From the NCBI RefSeq assembly GCF_001194135.2, contig NC_068984.1, positions 121,927,802 through 121,991,801 on the forward strand: a stretch of 64,000 bases of DNA, read 5' to 3'. Below are positions 13,501-27,389 of the stretch, piece by piece. How positions within the stretch are numbered: position 1 is the first letter of the stretch; every line of letters starts with the position of its first letter. The notes under the pieces are model-generated. The model ran no database searches, was not told the origin of the DNA, and was given only the letters and a program-made list of their open reading frames with translations. Source of the DNA: Octopus bimaculoides (lineage: Eukaryota). The position numbers and the translations under genes are program-made.

Positions 13501-16500
13501 ATAAATATATCTTTCACAGGATCAACACAACTTCTTCATGGAATTTACTCCGCCAATCATTTTCATGTTATTACATGTGTATGAAATAATACCATTACTA
13601 CTCATTTTAATTCCCAAGTTTTACATAACTCAGATTTTCATGTTATAATCTCTTCTTGTTTTATGTATCTAGGTTGTGATGTTAATAGCAGAGTGTTTCA
13701 GACTTTTTACATTGCATTGCTCATTGTTTTTCACAACCCACTTGTATATAGCACTGATGTATTTCTGTGGGGTTTTTTATTGAAATCATCAGGAATTTTG
13801 GCAATCTTTCCTATTTCTGTTTTGTTGTTTTCTGAGTGGCTGTTGTCATAAATGAAGATGTTGTTTGAGATAACTATTTACATGTAATAATGGTTCTAAA
13901 ACAACTCTTTGAAATATTTTTCTGTTCAAAACAGTTTTTACTTGAATACAAACTGGGCATTATTTAGAAAGATATTTCCTCCACCCCACACACCTTTTCC
14001 TTTAAAATGTGAGTAGCCAAGTGACCCTTCTACCACAAGAAACCTGTTCTGCTCTGGTCCCTTCTCTTTTACTTTAATTGCATCAATCTCTTAACTTAAA
14101 GCTATCTCTCTCAAGGTTTGTAGTCTTGTAAGCTGCATGGTGACCTCACAAGTGCTGGTGGCATAAAAAAAAAAAATTTTTTAAAAACTACTACCACCCA
14201 ACACACGGTGAAGAGCAACCAGCTACAGAAACCACACTAATGTAGACAGTGGAGCACAATGTAGACCTTGGACCTGTCAGATCTTGTCAAACCAGTCAAA
14301 CCCATGCTAGCATGGAACATGGACATTAAATGATGGTGATGGTGATGATAATGATGATGATGAACATAACTAGTTTCTCTCTGATAATTTCTTCGATGGC
14401 CTTGCTGATAAATGAAGTCAGAGAGAGTTAAGTTTGTAATTATAAGAATCTGCTTTGTTTCATCCATTAAGTGTAAGGACACATTATACCCCCTTTTGAA
14501 GTTTACCAAGGACAGTGTCTTGATTAGAGTCTTTTTGTGTGTTTTTTGTGTGGGAAAAAACCCCATCTAGGCCTGTTTACCTTATTTGTAATAGAATATT
14601 ACATCTTTTATTATGCAAACGTTGCCATTTCCTTTTTCAAAGCAATAGTCTTGAAGACATCATCTGATTTATCTATTTGTATATGGTACAGTGGAAGTGT
14701 TGAATTTTTCACTACATCACTTAACTTCTGAAGGTCAGCAGTAAAAAAAGTTATTTCCTTCAATTTCTAAATTTCATTTCCTAAAGCACTGAAGGTGTTT
14801 CTTTTGTAAATCTGTAAAATATTTTACAGTTCATTTTTATGTTTACCACAGTTTGGCTTCCTTTGTTGCTCTCATATTTTTGTGCAAGCATTTTACTTTA
14901 TTCTCAGTTTCTATCATGGACATTTTAAAATGCCCTTCCTATCCATTTAAGTGTTTCGAGAACATTGTCCTTCATCTTACAAGCATTGTACTGTCTTTGG
15001 ATGTGATATTTTATCAAATTTCAAGTTTCAGCTCTGTAACATATCCGACACATTTAATGCTTCTATTGTTGATGTAGCTTCTTGTTTCATGCCAATGTAT
15101 GCATAACAAGAACATTAGAATGGCTTGGCTTACAGATATCTTTCTTAACTGATTTTCAGTGAGGTTTTAGAAATTCAAGCTTGACAAAACTGCAATGCTT
15201 CTTCTGAAAAATTGAGCAACATTGTCAATGCTACTACATTAAGGGCACAGAAGACTGTGTGAGTCACATTAGCATTATAGATGAATTCTGCATTAAGTGT
15301 AAAGCAAACATTTCTAGTTGGGTAAAGGATCATTTGTTTGATGAACAGCATGTTGGTGAGGTCAAGCAGAGATTCTGTTTGTCTTCAGTCATATTGACAT
15401 TCCTAAGAGTATGCAGCTCTCTAAATATTTAAGTTTGTAAAAACTGAAACCACACAATTTGGACAAATACTTCCATCTTACTGAGGTTTTCTTAAAATTT
15501 TCTGTCGCAATTTGAGGAATTTAATGAACAACATAATGTACATATCATTATCTTGAGTTTTACCACAACCTAATTTGCATGAAATAACAAAAGGCGTGAC
15601 ATCTTTATGAATGTACATGGTAATATCACCATGACATATGTTGGTATGTATATTTCTGTATATAATATGTTTGTAAATAAATGTGTTTTTTTTTTTTTTA
15701 AATATCATGCTCCTACATTGATTGTATGTGACAAGGCCTCTCAAGCATGGAATTTTACTCTTGATACCCATGACATTCAATAATGAAATAAATTGTTGTT
15801 ATGTAAGAGGAGTTAGCATACAGCATGGTCATACATAAATGCACACTTGTGCAAAAGCACACACACACACACACACCTTTAGATGTTTACATGTGTATGT
15901 ACATGTATATATTCATGTACACATGTGCATATATATATACACACATATACATACATAATTATGTTCATGCACACACACAAACACATACATCTATACACAT
16001 TGGCCTTATAAACAGATGTACAGATATACACATGTAAAGTCACATATAGGAAATCAATATATATTATGAAAAGACACTGTGTTTGTAGACTCAATGAAGT
16101 GTAAGACAGAATGCTTTTCATTATTTAGTCAAGTCCCTTTCATTGTGAGTTCAAGTCCAGTCAAAGTCATCTTTACTCGTTATCTTTTTGGGGTTGATAA
16201 AGTAAGTATCTGTGGAGTGCTGGGGTCAATTTAATCGACTGTATCATCCTCATCATCAAGATCTGCATTTCATGCTGGTATGGGTGGGATGGTTTGACAG
16301 GAGCTGGCCAGGCAGAAGCCTGCACCAGGCTTCTGTGACTGTTTTGACAAGATTTTTATGGCTGGATGCCCTTCCTAACACTAATCACTCAACAGAGTGG
16401 ACTTAGTGCTTTTTATGTGGCACAAGCACAGGCAAGGTCAGTTTTGGCATGGCTTTTACAGCTGGATGCCCTTCCAAATGCCAACCACTTTACAGTGTGG

Positions 16501-17031
16501 ACTGGATGCTTCTTAAGTGGCACCTGCACTGACAGGGGCACCAAGTACCTTGCCTGTCTCTAAGTTAGTGATTTTCTGCTATTGACAGAAATCATTGTTA
16601 TTATAAATGTGATGCATAGTAAACTGGTAGAGTGTCAGACAAAATATCTTGTGCAGTTTAGTTATGCTTCATTAAGTCACTTATCTTTTACTTGTTTCAG
16701 TTATAGGAATACTGCAAAGCTGGAGTACTGCTTCGAAGAGTTTAATCGAACAAATTGATCCCAGTACATATTTTACTTATTCTATCAATCTGTTTTGTTG
16801 AACAGCTAAGTTACAGGGGTGCAAACCAACACCTGTTGTCAAGTGATGGTGGACATACACAAACACACACACACATGCCAATATATATATATATATATAT
16901 ATATTACATACATATAAGAGGGTTGACCACTAAGTGGACATCCATTTTGCTAGAAGAAGACCACCTATGGTCTGATCACTAAGAAAAGATTGTTCTCAAG
17001 AAAATTCAACAAACACCTGGACTGAACCCCA

Positions 17032-17185
17032 AAACACTTGGTTGCAAAGTGAGCCATGTTTGTACCTATATGTCATGTATGTTTATATCACAAGTTCAAA
17101 TCTCATCAAACACTTGGTTGCAAAGTGAGCCATGTTTGTACCTATATGTCATGTATGTTTATATCACAAGTTCAAATCTCATCAA
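17032..17185. repeat. Exact 76-bp tandem duplication
   Basis: aaacacttggttgcaaag...ttcaaatctcatc occurs twice, starting at 17032 and 17108, with no mismatch seen. Confidence 0.9.
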
Positions 17186-17753
17186 GTCCAACTCGGCTGT
17201 TTATCTTATTGGTATCAATAAAAATAAATACTTGTGAAGTAGTGAAGCTGATTTCATTGACTGCACACACCCACAAAATTTATCAGCGTGTGCTAAAGTT
17301 ACAAACTGTTATTATCACTAAATGGGCTGATGGTTTAGCTCTTTAATATGTTAAAGGTAATGCCTAGGCATAGTCACAGTCCAATGACTGAACAGAGTAA
17401 ATGAATATATTTTTAGATGTTTTCTCACATCACTGATTATTAACATTCATAATTAGGAGAGCTGTGTCACTGAAGATTGGGTCATTGAATTCATATTTTT
17501 TTCAATGACATCTTTTAATTTCCCCCTTGAGGTCTCTCATTTTAACCTCCTGAAGTATAAACAGTTGTTTTTAATGCCGTATTATAAAAATATGAAATTA
17601 CATGTGAGTACTGACAAGTCTAACAAACTAAGAATTAAATCTTGTCTCTATTTTGATGGTGATAAGTTTAGTAAGAGAAATTGGAGGTGTTATTGAACAA
17701 GCCAGGTGATTGTATCACGATTCCCTCATTGGCTTCTGCAAACGTGACTTACA

Positions 17754-18448
17754 TCTCTAGTACCTAAATATTTTCTCGACATGGTCATAATTTTCCCTCT
17801 ATCTTTTGCATTGGCATTTCAAATCTAATGATCAAACAGCACTCTTTATTTGATATGAAAGTTCTGTCTGACAGCCCACAACTTATTCTGATACATTGTT
17901 TAACCTCAAGTCAGCCCAGATCAAGCAAACCAATGATTAATTAAAGATATTCCAGTTATGAACATCCCATCTTGATTTATATCTAATGTATCTTTTTTTA
18001 TAAGATTGTAGTATATGATTCTAAGGCAATTTATATGTTATTTGAAGTAGATTAGACAAGTGCATAGAGGTTGTGTGAAAAGAGGTTAAAGGAGTTAGCA
18101 ACAACAATTTTTATAGTTATCCCTCACTCAGTTCATTAGCTAGAAAAAAATTTTAACAGATCATATTTTCTTCCCTGCATCTACTTCACAACAAGGGCTA
18201 TAACCAGCAACCAGCTGTTAGTATATTTTCATTCATCAAATACTCCCCACTCTTGCCAATAACCTCTTCTACAATGTGAATTTGTTTTCTCATACATCAC
18301 ATGATGTCTCTAGTACCTAAACAATTTCTCAATATGGTCACAATTTTCCTCTATCTTTTGCATTGGCATTTCAAATCTAATGATTAAACTACACTCTTTA
18401 TTTGGTATGACAGTTCTGTCTGAAAACCCACAGTTTGTTCTGATACAT
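17754..18448. repeat. Dispersed direct repeat of about 143 bp (17754-17896 and 18307-18448)
   Basis: tctctagtacctaaa...ttctgatacat; about 85% identical by hand. Confidence 0.85.
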
Positions 18449-18946
18449 GCATTATATAGTCTCACTTATATGTAAAGAGACAATTTCATTATATTTTCAC
18501 TGTTGCAGTTAAGCATCTCTAATTAGTTCTAATCAAGGAAACCTATAACACAAAAGTAATTGATATAACAGTTGTTTGTTCTATGTTCTACTATAACAAA
18601 ACACTTACATTAAAAGATAACAGTGTATTTAATGTGAACAATATGAACTAGCACCCAAATATTTGATTTGCAGAATATTAATTGAATTTCAACAATGACA
18701 CACCTCATTGTTGACTACAGAATCAGCAGCAGCAATTAAACTTCAGCCAATGTGAGAGTGTGGTTACTGCAAAAGTCATAGCCTACATTCTTGTAAAAAA
18801 CAAAAGGCATGCTCCTTTCTTCTGAATGAGAATTATTTGTTGATAGTGCTTTCTGATATGGACCTAAACCATCCATGTTCTGTATTGAACATTACATACT
18901 ACTATTGCTATCAAATCAAGATAAAACAAGAAATTGACTGACCTAG

Positions 18947-20064
18947 TGTTATATCGCACGTTTGGATGGCATACCTTCGCCAATGATGTACCTCTACTCA
19001 ACTACCGAACTCTCACTTCCGACGATTCGACTCAACATCTAGTCTACCGATGGCTCCAGCTCGCTCTATGTGACGCTTCCCGTCTAGCTATCATGTCCAC
19101 TATTTATACGTATTGGACTAGCCTACTTATCCTCTGGGAGCATCCACACAACACCTCCCCCTTTTGAGAGTTTTTTTTATTTTCTAAACCCGAATTTATC
19201 AATTTTATTTCCTTGATGAGAAACTGGCATATCTTTTTCTCTTAGCGTTAATTTCCATCATTTCTGTAGGTTTTCTCTTCCTGTTTGACCTACATGTCGG
19301 TTCTGCTTCTGCTTGTGGTTCTGGGACCTTGAACAAATCATACCATATATCCATTGGTTCCTCTCGCCTCTCTTGATTTTTGATATATCTTTTTTTTAAT
19401 TGGTTTATATGCCTTCTGTGTTCGTATTTTGGTCCTTTTACCGTGTACATCACATTACCAAGGCATCCAGTTATACTTCCTTGTTTCCAGTCCTGTTTTT
19501 TGTTTCTATATATTTTAAGATACACTTTGTCACCTGTGTTAAAAAATTTTGTTCTTCCCAAATTTTCTATTTTCTGTTTCCTACTCGGCAACAATTTATC
19601 AAAAATAGAACGAATTTTTCTGGAAAACATCAAATCAGTGGGTGACCTACCCGACTCTGCATTTGGATTCGGCTTTATTCTATACATCTGCAAAAACTTT
19701 GTCATTTTTGTATCTTCAAGGGTTTTCTGTCTGGTCTTTCTTAAAGCTCTCTTGAATGTGTCAACAAATCTTTCCGCTAACCCATTTGACCTTGGATGGT
19801 ATGGCGGAGTTAACACATGCTTCATTTGAACCGACTTACAGAATCTTTCGAACTCCTTCGCTATGAATTGTGTACCTTCGTCAATGACGTACCTCTACTC
19901 ATCTACCGAACTCTCACTTCCGACTACTCGACTCAACAGAATTCAACGTCTAGTCTACCGACGGATCCGGCTCACTCTACGTGATGCTTCCTGTCTAGCT
20001 ATCACATCCACTATTTATACATATTGGACTAGTCTACTTATTGTCTGGGGGCGTCCACACAACA
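18947..20064 (-). mobile_element. Internally deleted Ty3/Gypsy LTR retrotransposon
   Basis: CCTAG TSD at 18942-18946 and 20065-20069. Complete 207-bp 3' LTR 18947-19153 (TG...CA) with PPT AAAAGGGGGAGG at 19154-19165; truncated 5' LTR about 19873-20064. Confidence 0.93.
19205..19872 (-). CDS. Gypsy integrase C-terminal fragment (rve core end and C-terminal domain)
   Basis: TQFIAKEFERFCKSVQMKHVLTPPYHPRSNGLAERFVDTFKRALRK...YRIKPNP..GRSPTDLMFSRKIRSIFD; open frame with no stop over about 220 codons. 5'-truncated, so not a functional gene start. Confidence 0.88.
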
Positions 20065-22152
20065 CCTAGACAATAGACTTCTCTAGGTGCAGGATATAAT
20101 GAAAGTAAGTATCTATTCACTCTTTCACTTTTATACAGATTAGCTGCAGTCAGTCATATAAAGAAAACACTTCACATTTGGGCATTTTTACCACCAGCTC
20201 ACAACAACCTTTTGCTCAGAGCCATGTAGACCAGCCATAGAGATCAGTCATTTCAGTAACTACCATCTATGCAGCTCACCCACTGACCACAATACCGTAG
20301 CTAGAATTGTATTATATAGTTCATATGTCTTTCATTTTCTTGTACAGATGAAAAAACTTTGACAAGTTACATGAACAATGATGATATGAATGGATGCACA
20401 ATATACAGTTACAAGCCATTGTAGCTGACACTACTGTTGCAAGTCTTCAGTTTACAGATACAAGCCATTAGCAACTAACAATTACAAATCATTACAATGT
20501 AAATAATGTTACAAATCTCAAGCCATAGCAGCTGATAGTTACACATTTTTTTTTGCCCATTGCAACAATTGAATCACTTTGGATGGAACTTTTCATTCAG
20601 CTGTCTCAATATGAGGCATGTACTTAACTGAACACATACTCAAAACAGAAAATTATTTCTCTCCTTTCTTGTGCCAATCTAAGAGGAACTGTAATACAGA
20701 TACACCCCATATAACATGTTTTCTATATCTGAACTGCTCTTTTATAGAATTTTGAATTCGTGTTTTATAGCTCTTCTAAAGATCATTATTCCACCACTTA
20801 TATTGGACAGGTTTATACACTTTAGGTAGAAAATAATCCAATACATATCTTTTATCTTTTTTTCTTTTATTTGTTTCGATCAATGAAGAGCTTTGTCAAA
20901 CAAACTTATCCCAGGACTTATTCTATCAGTTTCTTGCTGAACTGCTAAGTTACTGACATATAAACAAACCAGCATCAGTTGTTAAGCAGTGAAGAGGAAA
21001 CACATACACACACAATGGGCTTCTTTCAATTTCTGTCTACCAAATACACTCACAAGGTTTTAGTCATTCAAAGGCTATAGAAGGTACCATGCAATGGGAC
21101 CTTCTTGCCTAAGGTGCCATGGAATTGTAACTGAACCTGAAACCATGTAGTTGAGAAACAAACTTCTTACCACACTGCCATGCAATACAATTACTGCAAT
21201 GACTGTCCTCTCTGCACAACCACCTAACCTTATTTCATACATAATCATTACCATCCTTTGTTTATTGAGGGTATGAGGGTACACCATCCCACAATATAAA
21301 AACATGTGTTCCTTATTTAAAGCATCTACTAATACACAGTTAAACAGTTCCAGTGAGGAATTAAAGATTGCAAAGTCAATTCAATACTCATGCGGTGCTG
21401 CTTCTCCCTCACATCTGAGTTTCATTCTACAATAAGGCTATAATAGGGAAATTGTTAAGGAAGATTTTGCTGTTATATCAGCAGATCAAGTGACCCTATA
21501 AGAAACTTATTGCAAGTTTGTAATAATCCCTAACTCCCTGTAGAGACTGACAATCTTTTATCTTCCAGCTGTTATCATAGACTCGAGTTACACCATAAGA
21601 TTCTAACACAGAACCTTAAATACAGTTGTTTACTTTCATAACATGACTTAACGTGATATTTAATAGTTACAGCAGCAATAAGGGCTGAGGAGTGGCAGAG
21701 ACAATAAAAGCGCATGACTCAATGACTTGGAATATTTAGTTAAGTTAATTTACATTCCAAATTCAAATCCCACAAGGTGTGACTTAGCCTTTTACCCCTT
21801 GGGGATTGATAACGTAAGTAGCAATCATATTTCCAGCAATGACTGAACCGACTACAACCTTTCCACACAAATTCAATGCACTGCGTACCAAAGTTAGAGA
21901 CCTAAAGCTATTTTTGCTTTATTAATACTGATGGTATTAACCAATAACTATGTTCCCTTAATCATGTTGTTTGCATATTGTCATTAAGTCTCATTAATTT
22001 CTAAATGGATCGTGTTTGGGTAAATTTTATAAGCTAAGCATGTTAAATATTTTGATACCTAAAACGAGACAACAAAACTCAGTTTGGCCTCTGCTGCCAT
22101 GATGAAGCTGAACACCTAAATGGAAAAGCAGCTTAACTATTCTTCCAATCTA

Positions 22153-22198
<46 letters not shown>

Positions 22199-22658
22199 AA
22201 ACTGACTGTGTTACTATCATCATAGTGTGGTGTGGTGGCACATATGCCCTAGTTCTAGTGAGACAGTTGACAGAGAAGTTGTCGACTGAAAATGAACAAA
22301 TCAAAGGTGCAGGCATGGCTGTGTGGTTAAGAAGCTCACTTTGCAACCATGTGGTTTTGGGTTCAGTTCCACTGTGCAGCACCATTGGCAAGTGTCTTCT
22401 ACTATAGACCAAAGCTAACCAACACCTTGCAAGAAAATTTGGTAGACAGAAACTGTGTGGAAGCCTTACTCCTCCTTCCTGTTGAGGGGTTTTGGTCTTG
22501 CAAGTTACTTGGTGAACCCGCTGGGGCTGGTGCCATGTAAAAAGCACCCAGTCTACTCTGTAAAGTGGTTGGTGATAGGAAGGGCATCCAGCAGCAGAAA
22601 CCATGTGAAACCATCCAACCCATGCCAGCATGGAAAATGGATGCTAAATGGAGATGAT

Positions 22659-22691
<33 letters not shown>

Positions 22692-23118
22692 CAGATGCAT
22701 TTTCCTGTTTGCCCTCGCACCATAGCTTGACAATCGGTGTTGCTTTGTTTATGCCCCTATAACTTAGCAGTTTGGCAAGAGACTGATAGAATGAATACTA
22801 GACTTCAGAAATAAATACTGGGATTGATTAATTTGACGGAATCCCTCAAGGCGGTGCCCCAGTATGGCTGCAGTTCAATGACCGAAACGAGTAAAAGATA
22901 GGCAATAAATCTGTTCTGAAGAAGGTTTTTGACCGGAGCCTATGTTCTTTGGTGAAGAGGTGCCAGGAAGTTTTAGGTGTTAAACAACGAATGGATCATA
23001 TAAGTGCTCCAGCATGGACACAGTTCACTGACGGAAACAAGTAAAAGAATAAATACCTTCGGGATATATCCCAGCACAATATTTAGGGTGTGACACTCTA
23101 ACCACTTGGCAATGCACC

Positions 23119-23165
<47 letters not shown>

Positions 23166-23832
23166 CATCTTTGTGATTGTGTTTGTCGAACCCTACTTCT
23201 CAACAACCAGTGTTGGTTTATTTATGTCCCTGTAACTTGAAAGTTCAGCAAAAGTGATCAATAGAACATGCATTAGACTTAAGAAATAAATAAATACCGG
23301 GGTTGATTTATTTGATGAAACCCTTCAAGGCGGTGCCCCAGTATGGCTGCAGTTCAATGACCAAAAGAAGAAAAAAGATAGACGATAAATCTTTCTTTTT
23401 TTTTTTGACAGGAGCCTATGTTCTTTGGTGAAGAGGTGCCAAGAAGTTTCAGGTGTTAAATAATGAATGGATCGTATAAGCGCTTCAGAATACTGTACCT
23501 ATGCAAGGTCAAGAGTGGCACTAAGTGCACAAACACACACAGGCACACACACGCACACAGATACACACACACGTGTATGTATGCACATATCACTTACACA
23601 CACATGCGCATGCACGCACGCACACACAGTAGTTAGATATAATTTATGTCCTGTCACTGATAGAGAGATAAATTCTGGATTGTTCCCAGCATTTGAACAA
23701 AGATTGTTGGCCTACAAACATACACATGCACACATACATGTGCGCAAACATATGGCTACATACATCACACACATAATCATACACACCCATATGCATTGTG
23801 TGTGTGTGTGTGTGTGTGTATCTATCTACCTA

Positions 23833-23871
<39 letters not shown>

Positions 23872-23959
23872 TTGAACATACTCTTACACAGAATTATATA
23901 CCTACCTCCCCACCCACACACACCTGTATTATCAAATCCTGATACATCTCTTATCAGAG

Positions 23960-24261
23960 ACTGTTTCAAATGAAACACATTAAGATGAAGATGATAATGA
24001 TGATGATAGTGTTTGATGGTGGTGGTGTGTTGGTGATGACGATGATGAGAATACTGATGACGGTGAAGAGATAACAATGTTGATGACAATAAAAATAACA
24101 GTGATAAAGATGATGATGATGATGATAATGATAATAGTGGTGACAATGATGGTGGTGATGATGATGATGGCAAAGGGGAGCAGGAAGAGAAAAAATCAAT
24201 CAATAAGTCTGTAGTAGATTTAATGAAACCTGTTCACAGACAACAGAGATGAAAAGAGAGG

Positions 24262-24292
<31 letters not shown>

Positions 24293-25180
24293 GGGAGAAA
24301 AGAAGGGAGAGAGGGAGAGAGAGAGAGAGACAGAGAGAGAGAGAGAAAGGAGGGAGAAAAGAAGGGAGAGAGGGAGAGAGAGACAGACAGACAGAACAAA
24401 GATGAAGAAAAAAGTGGGAAGAACAAGAAAGAAAAAGGAAAACTGCAGAAGAAAGAAGGGAAAAAAATATAACTCTTCCATTATTACTAATAATACATCA
24501 CCACCCTCAGCTTCACCACCATTAATCCACCACCATCAATCTTCACCATTAATTCATTAGCCATCATCATTCACACTATAGTTTACCATCATCACCACAA
24601 CCTCAGCGGTGGCAGCTTCGCCCTCCTCCTTGGCATCATCACCATTACCACCACCACAACCATCACCACTGCCACCATCATTAAAGCACTATCCATTACC
24701 ATCATCATCATCATCGTCATCATCACCACAAGTAACACCACCACCACCACCATCATCATCATCACTACTAACATCACCACAATGCTATCACAGGTAATAC
24801 TCCCACCACCTTCATCACCACCTCAATGCCATGTCCACCACCACCACCACTACCATTATCTAAACTTTCCTCAAGGTCACCACAGCTACTCCCTCCCACA
24901 CCCGTCACCACTAATACATGTTGTTGCTACTGCTGCTGTTGTCTTGATGTCTGTGTCTATATGACTCACACCTGTTCATGGTTATGTCAGCAATTGGTTT
25001 GGACAGTGCCCAGTCAATAGTTTAGCCTCCAATACTGCAGCTGGAGGGAAGGAGAAAGAGAGAGAGAGAGAGAGAGAGAGGCAGATAGAGGAAGAGAGAG
25101 ACAGAGTAGAGAGAGAGGGGGGGACAGAAAGGAAGAGAGAGATGAAGTTCACCTATCTAGTTAGTCCAGTGTTGGTACTG
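23960..25180. repeat. Compound low-complexity region: (GAT/GGT)n, (GA)n-rich and (CAT/CAC)n
   Basis: Degenerate trinucleotide and purine tracts that generate spurious His/Ser/Glu-Arg-rich ORFs. Confidence 0.9.
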
Positions 25181-25526
25181 TAATCAATAAACCACACAAC
25201 TCAGACACTATTAAAATATACATAGACTTGCCTCAATACAACAACAACAACAACAATAATAAAACAATACCAATAACAACAACAATAATAATAATAATAA
25301 TAATAATCCTTTCTACTAGAAGCACAAGGCCTGAAATTCTTTTGGTGGGGGGTGGGGAGTCAATTACATCGACCGCCACCCCCATACTTGGTTGGTACTT
25401 ATTGACCACCAAAAGGATGAATGGCAAAGTTGACCTTGACAGAATTAGAACTCGAACATAAAGGCAGATGAAATGCTCCTGATCAGATTGCTGCTTTCTC
25501 ACTACTACTACTACTACTACTACTAC

Positions 25527-25574
<48 letters not shown>

Positions 25575-26315
25575 CAGTAACAATAACAACAACGACAATG
25601 ATGACGACAACAATAGTTCCTTAACTGGACACAAGGTCACAAATTTTGACGGGAGTGGGAGAATTGATAAAAGTGATTGACCGCAGTATCTGACAGGTAC
25701 TTTGATATTGCCTAGTCACTGCATCAAGAGGTGAATATCAAACTGTCGACCTCAGCAGGGTTTGAATTCAGAACATAGGACAATTAGATACAGTAATGTT
25801 CTACCCCTTTCAGATGATGATCTTCACCATTCCCTTAACAACAACAGCCACCACCGCTGCTACCAGCACCAGCACCAGCACCCCAGCACCACCACCACCA
25901 CCACTCATTTATTATTTTTTTACCATCAGAATCTATTCATACAAACAACATGTTACAATAGGTGTTTGCAAAACATTTGGGGCTGTATGGAGAAATTTAT
26001 GTAAAAAGCAAGGGGAGGGGGAGTAACAGATGCTACATGATTTATTAAGACAGATATGAAAAAAATATATTATTAAATTACAAAGAAATAAACAAATCTC
26101 TATATACACACACACATGCACACACATGTGCACACACACGGTTGTGGTATAGGTATATGTTTGGATGAGTGGTTAAGAAGCTTGCTTCCTGATCATGCAG
26201 TCTTAGGTTCAGTCCCACTGCATCGCACCTTGGACAAGTGTCTTCTAACTATAGCCTCGTGCCAACCAAAGCCCTGTGAGTAGATTTGATAGATGGAAAC
26301 TGAAAGAAGCCCACC

Positions 26316-26353
<38 letters not shown>

Positions 26354-27389
26354 ATTATGCTTGTCCCCTACCACTGCTTGACAATTGATGTTGGTTTGCC
26401 TGTTTCTCCATAACTTAACAGTTCAGCAAAAGAGACCAATAGAATAAATAACAAGCTTAAAAAAAGTAAGTAATAGGGGTCAGTTTGTTGGAGTAAACAT
26501 TTCAAAGTGGTGCCCCAGCATGGCTGCAATCCAATGACTGAAACAAGTGAAAGATAAAGACACATATTTCATCATCATCATCATCATCATCATAATCACA
26601 TCATCTCCACATCATTATCATCATCATCATTAACATTATATCATTGTGTTTTTTACATCTACTTTTAACATGTGTTGGAAGAATAGCAGGGCATCCTGAT
26701 ATAAAATACTGAGGCAGTATTCAATGGCAGGATGCCCTTTCTAATGTCAATCCTTATTTTTAAGGTAAGGTATCTTTTTTTATTCCCGCATGCTTCAAAC
26801 ATTCTTTTCTACTCTAAGCACAAAGCTTGAAATTTTTGGGGAGGGTACTAGTCAATTAGATCGACCCCAGTACACAATTGATACTTAATTTATCGACCCC
26901 AAAAAGATGGAAGGCAAAGTCAACATTGGCAGAATGTAAAGACAGACAAAATACCCCTAAGCATTTTGCCCAGCGTGCTGACGTTTCTGCCAGTTTGCCA
27001 CATTCGCATACTTCAAATATTGAAATTGCAGTAAATCTTTTAACTTTTACTTCTTTCAGTCATTGGACTGCTGCCATGTTGGGGCAGAGTTCTGGGTTCA
27101 AGTCTGACTAGAGATCAACTTTGCCTTTCATCTCTATGGGGTCGATAAAACATGTACCACTGAAGTACTGGGGTTGATTTAACTGACCAACCCTGTTGAC
27201 CAAATTTCAGGTTGTGCACCCTATATTAATAACAATTTTATTTATTAATGCAGTGGATTGATAGAATAGGGCAGTAGATTGACAGTGGATTGTAAAAATG
27301 CCTTGTAGTATTTCTTCTGGCTCTGTTCTGAGTTCAAACCCTGCTGATGTTAACTGTGTATTTCATCCCATTCAAATATTAATATATTT

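Noticed and set aside
20080-20560. Plus-strand splice-signal cluster and a C/D-box-like TGATGA...CTGA
   Set aside because: All frames close quickly, there is no terminal stem or rRNA complementarity, and the region is a degenerate tacaagcca/gctga minisatellite.
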